Part shown: positions 11,940 through 25,520 of the stretch, in pieces
How the letters are laid out: every line of letters starts with the position of its first letter
How positions within the stretch are numbered: position 1 is the first letter of the stretch
Source of the DNA: Octopus bimaculoides
Lineage: Eukaryota
Direction of reading: 5' to 3'
Assembly: GCF_001194135.2 (NCBI RefSeq)
Contig: NC_068994.1
Location: forward strand, 35,562,043 to 35,607,929
Length of the DNA stretch: 45,887 nt
The notes under the pieces: generated by a model
The model's database searches: none
What the model was told of the DNA's origin: nothing
What the model saw: the letters and a program-made list of their open reading frames with translations, nothing else
Made by a program: the position numbers and the translations under genes

Positions 11940-12182
11940 AAGCATCAAAGGCCCTTCCTGAGCTATATGCTTGCAAGGCTCATTTCTCAGAATCTGTGGT
12001 ATATATATTCCTCATTGAACAAGATGCTGGTCCATCACAGGATTACTCATTTTTGCCATGTGGACTCGAGCAATATGAATGAAGTGTTTTGCTCAAGAAC
12101 ACAATGTGTCACCTGGTCCAGGAATTGAAACCACAAGCTGACGATCATGTATGAAACATCCTAACGACTAAGCCATGCACCT
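11940..12182 (-). mobile_element. tRNA-derived SINE (family E; head related to family B)
   Basis: Reverse complement begins ggtgcatggcttagtcgttagg...gtggtttcaattcctggacc...ttgtgttcttgagcaaaacac. Confidence 0.75.
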
Positions 12183-12596
12183 CTAGACACACACACACAT
12201 GCACATACACCACACACACACACACATGCACACACACACACACCCACACAATTTCTAGTCTCTGACAATGCATAGAAAAGACAATATATACCAAACAGTG
12301 ACTCCAAAGAAAGGACAAGAATTAAGGGGCAACTGTCCATCTAACTATCTCCGTGTATATATATACATATAGTATGTTCATATTCATATATNNNNNNNNN
12401 NNNNNNNNNNNNNNNNNNNNNNNNNNNNNNNNNNNNNNNNNNNNNNNNNNNNNNNNNNNNNNNNNNNNNNNNNNNNNNNNNNNNNNNNNNNNNNNNNNNN
12501 NNNNNNNNNNNNNNNNNNNNNNNNNNNNNNNNNNNNNNNNATATATATATATATATATATATGAAAATGCAAATATGTATATACATATGTATATAT

Positions 12597-12635
<39 letters not shown>

Positions 12636-12644
12636 ATCTATACA

Positions 12645-12875
12645 TGACCACTTGAGCATGTAACTGACCAGAATATTGGATGTTGTTACACATTGTTGGT
12701 CACAATACACTTTGCATCAGTTTAGCCTTCAAGCAGGCCAACATTCACCCCTCATCGAAAGGGGCCTGGAGCAATGTGAAATGAAGTGTTTTTCCCAAGA
12801 GCACAATGTGCCACTTGGTCTGGGAATTGAACTTACTGTCTAGCAGTTATGAGTGCAACAGCCTGACCACTAATT
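12645..12875 (-). mobile_element. tRNA-derived SINE (family E-like head), degenerate
   Basis: tgaaatgaagtgtttttcccaagagcacaatgtgccacttggtctgggaattgaac matches 12080-12130. Confidence 0.65.
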
Positions 12876-13066
12876 CACACAAACACACGCATGCACACAC
12901 ACACACACATGTATGTATATAAAGATAGATAGATAGATAGATAGATAGATGGATAGATAGACAAACAGACAGACAGACAAATAGGTAGATAGATAGATAA
13001 ATAGATTGATAGATAGACAAACAAATAGATTGATAGATAGACAAACAAATAGATAGATAACTAGAT

Positions 13067-13098
<32 letters not shown>

Positions 13099-13550
13099 AN
13101 NNNNNNNNNNNNNNNNNNNNNNNNNNNNNNNNNNNNNNNNNNNNNNNNNNNNNNNNNNNNNNNNNNNNNNNNNNNNNNNNNNNNNNNNNNNNNNNNNNNN
13201 NNNNNNNNNNNNNNNNNNNNNNNNNNNNNNNNNNNNNNNNNNNNNNNNNNNNNNNNNNNNNNNNNNNNNNNNNNNNNNNNNNNNNNNNNNNNNNNNNNNN
13301 NNNNNNNNNNNNNNNNNNNNNNNNNNNNNNNNNNNNNNNNNNNNNNNNNNNNNNNNNNNNNNNNNNNNNNNNNNNNNNNNNNNNNNNNNNNNNNNNNNNN
13401 NNNNNNNNNNNNNNNNNNNNNATAGATAGATAGATAGATAGATAGATATAAAGTAATACATCTGTAGTTAAGGTAAAGAAGTTGATGACTATTAATATTG
13501 CAGAGAGGATTGAGATTTCAAGGTAAAGCAAAGTAATGTTACGTACTTAC

Positions 13551-13591
13551 CAGCCAACATGTTTCTCATCTCTATGAGCAAAGAACTTATC
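13551..13591 (-). CDS. Candidate 41-bp micro-exon (ISSLLIEMRNMLA or DKFFAHRDEKHVG)
   Basis: Consensus donor CTG|GTAAGT and acceptor catttctag|. Frame and product unknown. Confidence 0.2.
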
Positions 13592-15396
13592 CTAGAAATG
13601 TACTGAGAGACTGTGTTGTCTAATATTACTAAGAGGTGTACACAGGAATATCTTCTTACTTCTTATTCCTTTGAGTATAAGATTAAAATGAAGTTGTGAA
13701 GTACATCCATTCCTGCGTATATTAGCATAGCAGTATATAATTCTTTTGCTGATTTGCATCAATTTATCCATATTTGTAAGACTGGGTGTACGTATGGTTT
13801 ATTTATTGGAGCAATTGTTTTTACAGCTGGATGCCCTTCCTATCGCTAATCACTGAACCGTGAAATAGAGTCGAGTCTGTTTATGCAGATGTAAATTTAA
13901 AATGTCTTCAACTGGGAATTCTAGCGAAGTCACGAATTTGGATCTCCAGCAGTTTGCTCTCATAATTATGTGTGTTACGTGTAAGCGTGTGTAATGTGTG
14001 TAATTTTGCAAGTGAGTGTATTTGTGAATATGTGTACGAGTGTCTATATGTATATTCATACACACACACGTATATTTATGTCAGTCTCTTACATATATGT
14101 GTATATGTTTATATATGTACACATACACTCATGTACACACACACATATACATATATACCTATGTATATGTATATGTGTGCATATATATATGTACCTCTTT
14201 CTTTTTCTCTGTGTGTAGATACATACACACAAATAATATATGCATACATATTTATAATTGTGTGTGGATATAGATACATAATATCTATACGTCTATATAT
14301 TTGTATATGAATACACATGAAGAAATATATATGCATATAAAAATATACTCTATGAAACTGTGAAATACTGGAATGGTGAGGTAGAGAGGTGGGAGAGAAC
14401 CAGAGACAAATTTACAAACAAATATAAACCAAGCGAGAGGTATATATAATGTGGAATAAAGATTCAAACACACATATACATGTATATGCCTGTATGTGTG
14501 TGTATGTGTCTGTATTTATTCATGTGTATGTTTGTGTGTGTGTGTGTGTCTGTCTGTCTGTGTATGTATTTATTCATATGTTTACGTGTGTTTATATTCA
14601 TATATATGTATTTAAAAACTTTTATGTATACAAATACAAATACTTATTAATGGTTGGTTTGAATTGTACCGAAACTCAAATCTCAATTAAAATCACGTAT
14701 ACAGTACATTACATACACACACACCTACCTATGTACATGAATGCACACACACACACACATACACACACATACATACACACACATATATGTAAGTATATCT
14801 ATATAGGGGCATACATACAGCAATACATACGTACTTACATATGTACATACACGGAGACATAAATATATGTATCTATCTATTTATCTATCTGTCTATCTCT
14901 CCTTATGTATGTATATATATATATATAGATAGATATGTACACAGACATAAATGCACAAGAAAGTCTATGATTGTTTATTATTAATTGCACACATGTGTGA
15001 ATATGGTGTCAGAGTTCTGTTATGGTTGATTGAGTGTTCCATTTGTCTCTGGCAGCAGCATGTATGTGTGTGTGTGTGTGTGTGTGTGTTTGTGTGTGCG
15101 AATGGTATTGGTACAAGTGTCAATAAACTAAATATCAGCAATGCAATGGTTTAAGTGGTTGAATTGATCAAAGCTAGGAGTGATTGCCACTCCTAGCTTT
15201 TAGTAGACGTCAATATAAATGCAAACTTATCACTTTTATTTGTTCTCATCTATGTATGCATGTATATATGCATGTATGTATGCACTTATATATGCATTAT
15301 TATGAGAGTCTATGTATATGTATGCATAATATATATGTATATATACACTCATGCACACACACATATATTTGTATGTATGAGTATATATATAAATAC

Positions 15397-15465
<69 letters not shown>

Positions 15466-16071
15466 NNNNNNNNNNNNNNNNNNNNNNNNNNNNNNNNNNN
15501 NNNNNNNNNNNNNNNNNNNNNNNNNNNNNNNNNNNNNNNNNNNNNNNNNNNNNNNNNNNNNNNNNNNNNNNNNNNNNNNNNNNNNNNNNNNNNNNNNNNN
15601 NNNNNNNNNNNNNNNNNNNNNNNNNNNNNNNNNNNNNNNNNNNNNNNNNNNNNNNNNNNNNNNNNNNNNNNNNNNNNNNNNNNNNNNNNNNNNNNNNNNN
15701 NNNNNNNNNNNNNNNNNNNNNNNNNNNNNNNNNNNNNNNNNNNNNNNNNNNNNNNNNNNNNNNNNNNNNNNNNNNNNNNNNNNNNNNNNNNNNNNNNNNN
15801 NNNNNNNNNNNNNNNNNNNNNNNNNNNNNNNNNNNNNNNNNNNNNNNNNNNNNNNNNNNNNNNNNNNNNNNNNNNNNNNNNNNNNNNNNNNNNNNNNNNN
15901 NNNNNNNNNNNNNNNNNNNNNNNNNNNNNNNNNNNNNNNNNNNNNNNNNNNNNNNNNNNNNNNNNNNNNNNNNNNNNNNNNNNNNNNNNNNNNNNNNNNN
16001 NNNNNNNNNNNNNNNNNNNNNNNNNNNNNNNNNNNNNNNNNNNNNNNNNNNNNNNNNNNNNNNNNNNNNNN

Positions 16072-16102
<31 letters not shown>

Positions 16103-16602
16103 AGTTCATTTTATGTGTATCTTACATATATTACATTTAGGTAGATAGATTATATGAATAGACATGTACACAAAGAGATAACTCTGAAGATGGATGCATG
16201 GACACATGCACATGCACACACACACACATACTATACAAGTGCTTTTGTATATGTATATATTTACATGATACGTAAAATATACATATCTGTATGTATGGAT
16301 ATATTACGTACATACACACACACACATATATATATATGTATATATATGTTTAGTTTGGGACAATCAGTAAGTTGTCATAATAGAACTCAGAGGTTCAAAT
16401 ACTGGAGCAAAGAGCTATGATGCATTTTCATCGGCTCTGGCATTTAAAACTCTGAGTACTTACTGATTGTCCTAAACTATATATATATAAATTTCTCTAT
16501 TTACTAAATATTGAGATCTCATTCTTTTGTTGTCATTTTTATTATTATTATTATTATCATCATTATTATCATTATTATTATAATATATATATATTTAAAC
16601 AT

Positions 16603-16634
<32 letters not shown>

Positions 16635-16851
16635 TATTTAGACATATCATTATTATATATATATATATATATATTTAAACATATTGAATCTTGCAATCTT
16701 ATAATCGTTGATCATTTAAAAAAAATTCTGACAAGAAATTGTAATATAATAATACCAAATTGAGACAATATATAAATATATTCTTTGTTTTTGGGTAGAC
16801 GAACATGAATGAAACATGAGCTTTTAAAAATTAAGTAAACAAACAAACAAA

Positions 16852-16890
<39 letters not shown>

Positions 16891-18088
16891 ATGTATAAAT
16901 AAATAACTGAATCAAACCATTGTCATGGGGTGTTTCCTTGAATGGTATTGAGATTTTCAAAACAAATGGAAAGAAAACATAGATCTTATAGTTTTATTTT
17001 TTATTTATATATAAAGGATATAATTTATGAGTGGAAAGATAGGTCTGTGTGTGATTGCTCAAGGTCTATGAATAACAGCACTTAAATATCCTCTTATATA
17101 ACAACCTCCTTAATAAAAAGAGGATGCATTAGATAATGTTGTATTCTTAAATATGGTTTGTTTGAAAATTACAAAAAAATAAAAGGAGAAAATAACCCCT
17201 TGACTTGAATCCAGTTGATATGCCTGCTCTATTCATGATGATTAGGGATTAAACAAAAACAACATCAATAACATCACCACCACCAACAACAACAACAACA
17301 CCAAACAAACTTCATGTTAGTCATTCAACTTGCTAGAAATAGAAGATAAATTATCCTCATGCCCTTTACAATAAAGACAATACATCTCTTTGGAGTACTC
17401 AGCCACTTGACTATATACAGATAATGTGAAAACCAGCAAATGGTTTTTATGCAATCAGTATATATTGTCATAGGCTGGTGATTTGCTTTGTCCCTGGTTC
17501 ATTTCAGATATACTTTGTTGATAAGCTACAAAATGGTCAAATATCAGTATCCTGAATGGGATTGGAGGCAAGTTGTCTATGACTTTCAGGTGTTTTAACA
17601 CTCAGTGCTATGCAAGTATCATCTCCCAGGCACTATACAGCTGTGAACCAGTGAACAAACGAAAGGCATACATTGAGTATGTGCACTTGATAAAATGTGT
17701 TTCCAGTATATTCTATCTTCTGTATTATTTGTTTCTACTATACTCAACATACACTGTGGAATTTCTAACATAGATCCAGCAATGATTGTGCAATTACTGT
17801 GGATGACACCAGGTAGCCATAAACAGTGAGTGTGCTTTCCAAGATACTACTTGGGGCATACCTAAAATGCAGTTTAAATTTTAAAAATTAAAATCTAAAC
17901 TTTAATCATAACTTTTACATAATTATTTATATATATATATAATTTATTAATGAGGGTAGAAATTGATATTGATCAATTAAAACCAGTGGTCTAGCATATT
18001 AAAAAATCCGAAGATTAAAATTATATTACATACAAGAATAAGAGGAATGACCAGCAAATGTGGATTCCTGAATGCTAGAAATAGATGC

Positions 18089-18206
18089 CGAATCATCCAA
18101 CCATGAACAAGAATGTTCTCAGTAGAAAAAATCAGCGACACAACAGTCTGTTGTGTCGCTGATTTTTTTCTACTGAGAACATTCTTTTTCGTGGTTGGAT
18201 GATTCG
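18089..18206. repeat. 118-bp near-perfect palindrome with 1-nt centre, running into N-gap
   Basis: cgaatcatccaaccatgaacaagaatgttctcagtagaaaaaatcagcgacacaacag-T-ctgttgtgtcgctgatttttttctactgagaacattctttttcgtggttggatgattcg; 2 mismatches and 1 indel. Confidence 0.9.
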
Positions 18207-18439
18207 NNNNNNNNNNNNNNNNNNNNNNNNNNNNNNNNNNNNNNNNNNNNNNNNNNNNNNNNNNNNNNNNNNNNNNNNNNNNNNNNNNNNNNNNNNNNNN
18301 NNNNNNNNNNNNNNNNNNNNNNNNNNNNNNNNNNNNNNNNNNNNNNNNNNNNNNNNNNNNNNNNNNNNNNNNNNNNNNNNNNNNNNNNNNNNNNNNNNNN
18401 NNNNNNNNNNNNNNNNNNNNNNNNNNNNNNNNNNNNNNN

Positions 18440-18471
<32 letters not shown>

Positions 18472-19216
18472 ACAAGTCACTTCAGGTAGATGGCTTTGCT
18501 TGATATGTATGAAAGGTGTTGGTAGAAACTCCATACATTGTATTCAGAGTCTGGCAGGCTGAAGGCTGCATACAGCTTCCTATAGTTAAGATTGATTGTT
18601 GTGAAGTTATAAATAAATATTGTTAGTATATTTAGACTTGTGAAAAAAGATGTTATAGCTCATGATAATATAAAAATAATCTTTCTATGTATGCATTTGT
18701 GCGGATGTCTATCTATCTATCTATCTATCTATCTGCCTATCTGTCGGTCTGTCCGGCCATCCACCTGTCTGTCTACATATACAGAGAGAGAGAGAAAGAA
18801 AGAGAGAGAGGAAGTCAGCTAGAAGACACATAGAGTGGTATATTGTTCAAGTGGTAAAACTAGTGATCAGGTTCAAAAATTAATGTTAAAGCATTTGGCT
18901 AGGATCCGATGTGTGTGTGTGTGTGGTGAATTTGAATCCTAATTGACAGTTTAGGTGTGTTTTCTCTACTAGTGGATATCTATGTATTTTTAACTTCATC
19001 ATGTGACTTGTACACACACACATCTATACTCAGGTGCATGTGTATGTTTATATACATACATACATACGTACGTACGTACGTACGTACATACATACATACA
19101 TATGTATATATATATATACTCACACACACATAAACACACCTGCACAGACACATTCCCTGGCACAAGCAAGACTCATATCTATATATTCTTTCTCCCTTCT
19201 CTTTCAGTGAGTATGC

Positions 19217-19270
<54 letters not shown>

Positions 19271-19729
19271 NNNNNNNNNNNNNNNNNNNNNNNNNNNNNN
19301 NNNNNNNNNNNNNNNNNNNNNNNNNNNNNNNNNNNNNNNNNNNNNNNNNNNNNNNNNNNNNNNNNNNNNNNNNNNNNNNNNNNNNNNNNNNNNNNNNNNN
19401 NNNNNNNNNNNNNNNNNNNNNNNNNNNNNNNNNNNNNNNNNNNNNNNNNNNNNNNNNNNNNNNNNNNNNNNNNNNNNNNNNNNNNNNNNNNNNNNNNNNN
19501 NNNNNNNNNNNNNNNNNNNNNNNNNNNNNNNNNNNNNNNNNNNNNNNNNNNNNNNNNNNNNNNNNNNNNNNNNNNNNNNNNNNNNNNNNNNNNNNNNNNN
19601 NNNNNNNNNNNNNNNNNNNNNNNNNNNNNNNNNNNNNNNNNNNNNNNNNNNNNNNNNNNNNNNNNNNNNNNNNNNNNNNNNNNNNNNNNNNNNNNNNNNN
19701 NNNNNNNNNNNNNNNNNNNNNNNNNNNNN

Positions 19730-19782
<53 letters not shown>

Positions 19783-20319
19783 TGATGCATTGGTACATGC
19801 TTACAGACTCTAAGTAACCATCATAATGGATGATTGCCGTTTCACTCTCATGTCAAAATCTCATCCTCTCCCAACACACCTAGCTCATTACTGTCTAGTC
19901 TGGGGCCAAAAAAACAAACAACCACACCCACATCCCTATGCATACACACACACACACACATATATATATATATGCATTTACATATGTACACACATATGTG
20001 TGTGTGATGTGTACATATATATATATATATATATATCTATACATATGATATACATACTTATGCATCATGTACACGGTTTTACGCACACATACAAACAAAA
20101 GTAGACAAGCAGACATATATGTCTTAGAAAATGAATGAATACTTTGGCTAACCAATATAGGTAACAACAACAACAACATGTACTGCTACAACAACAAATA
20201 AAAATATATAAATAAAAAGAGCAAATTGTTGTCGTGATCAATACAACTTTATAAAATAAGGTTTATAACCTTGAACCTCCTCAAGCTGACATATGCCAAA
20301 CATTGTAAAACTAGCCAAC

Positions 20320-20640
20320 AACATCTCCGCTGCCATCATCAATAATTCACCCCACTCATCACCACCACCACCGTGATCATCATCATCGTCGTCATCATTT
20401 CTACCACCATCAACATCACTACTACTGTCACAACCACTATCACAGATGCTATTGCCATCATCATGATCATCTTCACCAGCACCAGCACCAACACCATTAT
20501 CACAAACAGCCAATACCGTATTACCACCACTAACAATACTACTGCCATTATCATTACCATTCTCACCACCATCACCACTTCTAACATCAAAATCACTCTT
20601 ATCTCCACCACCAACACCACAACCACCAACAACAACAACT
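20320..20640. repeat. CAT/CAC/AAC trinucleotide-rich low-complexity tract
   Basis: Runs of catcat, caccac, acaaca. Confidence 0.8.
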
Positions 20641-20722
20641 GTATGAGAGGCTCAATGATCATTAGTGTGTAATTTGAAAGAGACAGGCTATTATTTCTAG
20701 CACATTCAGTAATGACATAAAA

Positions 20723-21195
20723 CAGTGGTTCTTATTCACTTTTTATCTATGGACCCCTTCGATTCCTATTTTATTCTGTTGGACCCTCATACCCATTCAG
20801 TGTTTAAAAGAAATCCAATAACATTTTTATAATCAAATATTATTAGGGGTTGTAATGACGGTAAGCTGGGAGAATTGTTAGCATGCCAGGCAAAATGCTT
20901 AACAGTATCTTGTCTGTCTTTATGTTTGAGTTCAAATTCTGCCAAGATTGACTTTCAGGGCCAATAAAATAAATACCAGTTGATCACTTGGGTCGATAAA
21001 ATTGACTGACCCTCTCCCACAAAATAGCTAGCTCTGTGCCAAATCTTGAAACTAATATTATGAGAAATTATATGAAAAAATCGTTAAAATATTTCGTATA
21101 TTGTCGAGCTATCACCAATTTAATGAACACAATTTCAACAACTAAACTTTTTATAGACCCCCAAGGGCCATATGAACCTCAGTTGAAAACCACTG
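20723..21195. mobile_element. Putative hAT-like MITE interrupted by a family C SINE (20855-21060)
   Basis: Ends CAGTGGTT...AACCACTG with subterminal ggacccc motifs. An 8-bp TSD is not evident. Confidence 0.45.
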
Positions 21196-21533
21196 ACAGA
21201 GGCTCCCACCACACTGGATGAAAGGTAAAGCTGGATCCAGTGGAATTTGAATTCAAATAATGAATAAAACAAAGTATTCTATCCACAAATGTTTCAGCCA
21301 ATTAGCTGTCTAAATAGGATTCACACAATATCTGGACCCCTACCAACCAGCAAAACAAGAAACAAACCCCAGATGGGCGGTCATGGCTTTAACATAGTTA
21401 ACCAGAGCCGTGTGGTTAAGTACCTTGCTTTGCAGCCATGTAGTCTTGGGTTCATTCTATGTCTTTGTCTTTGTGTTTGTCACCATCACTACTTGATAAA
21501 CAGTGCTGGCTTGTTTACATCTTTTTTTTTTTT

Positions 21534-21745
21534 TGATCTTTTATCTTTTGCTTGTTTCAATTGTTTGACTGCAATCTTGCTGGGGCAGTGCCTTGAAATT
21601 TTAGCTGAATGAATCAGCACCAGGACTTATTTTTTAAGCCTGGTACTTCTTCTATTGGTCTCTTTTGCTGACCTGCTAAGTTACGGTCATGCAAATACAC
21701 CAAAACTGGTTGTCAAGTGTTGGTTTGTGGGACAAACACAGCCAC
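21534..21745 (-). mobile_element. SINE family A, 3' tail
   Basis: Reverse complement of the family A tail (ttgacaacc...aatagaagaagtaccaggc...gaaacaagcaaaagataaaag). Confidence 0.75.
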
Positions 21746-21961
21746 TATGATGCATACACATAGATATAGATACACACACACACACACACACATGCACACA
21801 CACATATACATGTACATAAATGTATATTTACACACACACACATATAAATATATATACATATATACCATTCCAGCTGGAAAATGAATGGAATACCTGGTGT
21901 GTGTCTTGTTGTGGCTACCCGCTCCTAAAAGAATTGGGGAATAGACCTGGGTATATAAAAA

Positions 21962-22000
<39 letters not shown>

Positions 22001-22004
<4 letters not shown>

Positions 22005-22165
22005 GATGGGCTTCTTTCAGTTTCTGCTCATCAAATCCATTCACAAGGCTTTAGTCGGACCAAGGCTATAGTATAAGACACTTGCCCAAGGTGCCATACA
22101 GTGGGACTGAACCCTGAACCATGTGGTTGAAAAGCAAGCTTCTTACCACACAGCCACGCCTGTGT
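22001..22165 (-). mobile_element. SINE family A, 5' head
   Basis: gggcttctttcagtttc...gacacttgcccaaggtgcc...cttcttaccacacagccacgcc. Confidence 0.9.
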
Positions 22166-22244
22166 ATGTGTCACTCAACAGTCTAGCCAAAAATGACCAA
22201 TACAAAAATTATGAAACTTTAAAAATAAGAAATGAGATCCATTT

Positions 22245-22350
22245 AGTTGACTAAAACCCTTCAAGTCACTTTTGTTGACTAAAACCCTTCAAGCCGGTGC
22301 TCCAGTATGGTTGCAATTTAATGGCTGAAAACAAGTAAAAGAGTAAAAGA
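22245..22350 (+). mobile_element. SINE family A-like tail with a duplicated gttgactaaaacccttcaag
   Basis: ggtgctccagtatggttgca...aacaagtaaaagagtaaaaga. Confidence 0.7.
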
Positions 22351-22369
22351 TAACATCATGTCAGCTTGT

Positions 22370-22625
22370 TTGTATGCAAGCTGACAAGAACCATACCATA
22401 CCATACTATCTTTAAAAAAACATAAGGATAAAAACATTTGGTAATGTACTACAACTTATACTGTGTCAAGGAGAAGGGGGGGAAAGGGGGAAGGGGGGGA
22501 AAGACGTTGAACTGGTCACAGTTTTAACACTTTTGATCAAAGGTTTGCTTGATCAAAGCTGACATGGGGGTTAGACATCATCAACAACAACAATAGCAAC
22601 AACAACAACAATAACAGTAACAACA
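22370..22625 (+). mobile_element. Interspersed repeat (family D) with (AAC)n tail
   Basis: Tail ttgcttgatcaaagctgacatgggggttagacatcatcaacaac matches 39735-39780 and, reverse-complemented, 43780-43815. Confidence 0.55.
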
Positions 22626-22829
22626 ACATAACATATTTTCTTCATGCTTAGCCTTCGCCACCTCTACCACCACCACTGCCGCTATCGCCACCGCCACCAT
22701 GACTACTTACGCATCAAAACTCTGCCTCCACCTCCTCTTTTCTTCAGTTCATTTTTCTGGAATCAACCAAACTGTGTGCCAATCTGTCCAACACAACATT
22801 TCACTGTTGTCATGGCGCATCTTAGCCAT

Positions 22830-24200
22830 TACATGCATACAGATGCCAAGATGCATACACACATATATGCACATACTTGTACTTACACAAACACTCACAC
22901 TTGCACAGCCCAACACACAGCAACGCACAACAATACACAGCAACATGCAACAACACATGGCAATACACACACACACACACACACACACACGCGCATGCAC
23001 ACATGTCAAGACACACACAGATGCATAGATACAAAAGAACATGCACACTTCCCATAAACACCCACACAAGCAAACACACACATATACACACATCAAAACA
23101 CTTCAACATACACATATGCAAACACACAGAAACCAACATATACACAGGCACCAATAGACACACAAACAAACCATCACACACATACACACACAAAGAAACC
23201 ATCACACACATACACACACAGACCAATACACTCATATACCAACCCACACAGCACCTCATAAGCATAATTACACACACATACACATGCATCCAAACCCCCC
23301 AAGAATGGCTAAAATGGAATGAAGGTGTCTTTAAGGTTTCACACATTCTACATCCCAGACGCTTTCCTCCCCCATTATCTCTCTTAGAAACCACACTGTG
23401 TGTGTGTATGTATATGTATACCAATGTGTCTGTTTCTCTATATGTGGATGTTTGTTGGTGGTTGATATTTTCTTGTCTGTCTCAGATTTTTCTCTAAGGG
23501 TTGTTATATTTTCTCTTCCAGACATTTCTCTGGTAAAAAATATTTGAATGGCTTTGTATCAATGTGTCTATTTATGTATACATTTTAATGTGTGTATGTG
23601 TATGTATGTCACATGTATGTACATGCGTATATTGCATATATATTTGTGTCAGTATCTTTGAGCATGAATGTGTTTGAGTGAATGCATGTGTGTATGTATT
23701 TATCTGAGTGCATCCATTTTTCAGTGTGTATGTGTTTGTGTGTGTATTTCTGTGAAATTTGTGTCCTCTCTTTCTTGTGTGTGCATGCATATGTTGTGTA
23801 CATGAACATTTTGTCTCTGTGTGCATGTGCTTATATCTGTGTATATGTGTGCATATGCATCTGCATATCTGTATGTGTAGTTGTCTGCTTATTTTATGTC
23901 TTTTCATCAGGGTGCTCATGCATATGTGTGTGTGGGTCTATATATATTTTCCAGCATTTGCTTGCATGTGTGTGTATCTGTGAGTGTGAGTTAGTCTGTC
24001 TTTTTGTCATTCTATTTTTCATTGTGGGCAATGTTTGCTTGTTTGTTAGTGAGTGCATGTGTGTGTGTGTGTATTTGTCTGTCTATTTTTTGGTCTATAT
24101 TTCAGAGTGAACATGCGCGTGTGTGTATTTTGTTCATATATTGATGTTCATCTTTTTTTCAGTATTTGTATGTATTTATGTATGTGTAAGTGTGTGCTTG
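22830..24200. repeat. Degenerate CA-rich tract (22830-23310) followed by a TG-rich tract (23395-24200)
   Basis: Strong strand-asymmetric dinucleotide composition. Confidence 0.75.
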
Positions 24201-24269
24201 TTATCTTCAGTTTTCATTTTGTTCTCTGAAGCATTTTTTTATGCGTAATGGTCAGAAATGTTGCTATTT

Positions 24270-24985
24270 GAAGTACTTGAGTCTTTCATATTTCTAATCA
24301 TAACTACAATATTTAACTGTTGTACTTTAGTCTTACATATTAGTCATTACAAAATATTTAACTGTTGCACTTCAGTCTATCATTACTAGTCATAACTACA
24401 ATATTTAACTGTTGTACTTTAGTCAATCATATTGATTTCACATTTTAGCTCAAGGCCAGCAATTTTGGGGTAGAGCTTAAATCAATTACATTGACCCCTG
24501 TGTTCAACTGATACTTATTTTATTGACACTGAAAGGATGAAAGGCAAAGCTGACCCTGGAGGAAGTTGAACTCAGAATGTAAAGATGGATGAAATGCTGC
24601 TAAACATTTTGCTCAACATGCTAATGATTCTGGAAGCTCACTGTCTTACTTCAGTTTATCATATTAATCATAGTTACAATATTTAACTGCTCTACTTCAG
24701 TCATATACATTACAAATTATAATCCAATCACTATTGTATTTCACTTATTCATATTACTAGTTATAAGACAATAACTGTTGTACTTCAAATTTTTATATTA
24801 TTAGATATTACAATATTTAACTGTTTTACTTCAGTCTTTCATATTGTAAATCATAGCACAATGTTTAACTGCTGAACTTCAATCTTTCGTATTATAAGTC
24901 ATAACGCATAACAAATATTTAGCTGTTGTCTGTCTTATTATATTAACCTTATCACAATATTTAACTGTTCTAACACAATCTATCG
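24270..24985. repeat. Degenerate ~45-50-bp minisatellite, roughly 10-12 units, split by a SINE
   Basis: Recurrent acaatatttaactgttgtact(t/c)cagtc core at ~24306, 24350, 24398, 24676, 24810, 24858, 24955. Confidence 0.85.
24433..24648 (-). mobile_element. SINE family C inserted in the minisatellite
   Basis: Reverse complement of agtgagcttccagaatcattagcatg...ttctgagttcaac...tcaataaaataagtatc. Confidence 0.85.
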
Positions 24986-25254
24986 CATAGATATGTTCTT
25001 CCCAACACATCTCTCCAATCTGCTGTATTTTTTATTTTTATTGTTTTGCCATTTTTTTTCTTTTAGGTTTGTTTGGTTTTTCAACTTTTCTCCTAACTCC
25101 ATTTCTTTTTACTTCCTTTATATCTGATCTTCATTTTTCCCTTTATCTTTCTTTACATCATTTTGTCATTCTTTCTTTCTCCTCGTTCTTTTTCAATACA
25201 CACTCATACATACACACAGATCTCTATGCAAACACACATATATGCATATATACA

Positions 25255-25375
25255 ATGATTTTTCAGTTTCTGTCTACCTACCAAATCCACTTAAAAACCT
25301 TTGGTCAGTACAGAGCATTAGAAAACACTAACCCAAGATGCCATAACTGAAACAATGTGGTTAAGAAGCTGAAAA
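25255..25375 (-). mobile_element. SINE family A head, degenerate
   Basis: tttcagtttctgtctacctaccaaatccact...aaccaagatgcc...aatgtggtt. Confidence 0.65.
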
Positions 25376-25439
25376 AACCCATCTAACCACATGCCCATGC
25401 CTGCACCTTACATTTATATATGTGTGTGTAATGTAAGTG

Positions 25440-25520
<81 letters not shown>

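Noticed and set aside
11564-12128. Overlapping 90-150-aa ORFs
   Set aside because: They lie within a LINE 3' UTR and a SINE; no coding motif.
17470-17860. Unique-sequence island with splice-like signals on both strands
   Set aside because: Each acceptor-defined frame I translated hits a stop before a credible donor; no consistent exon.
20238-20672. Thr/Ile-rich, Val/Met-rich and Asp/Gly-rich ORFs resembling mucin or membrane proteins
   Set aside because: These are trinucleotide low-complexity tracts open in several frames on both strands.
20715-21203. 8-bp TSD for the hAT-like MITE
   Set aside because: The flanks acataaaa and acagaggc share only 3 bp, so the superfamily call stays tentative.
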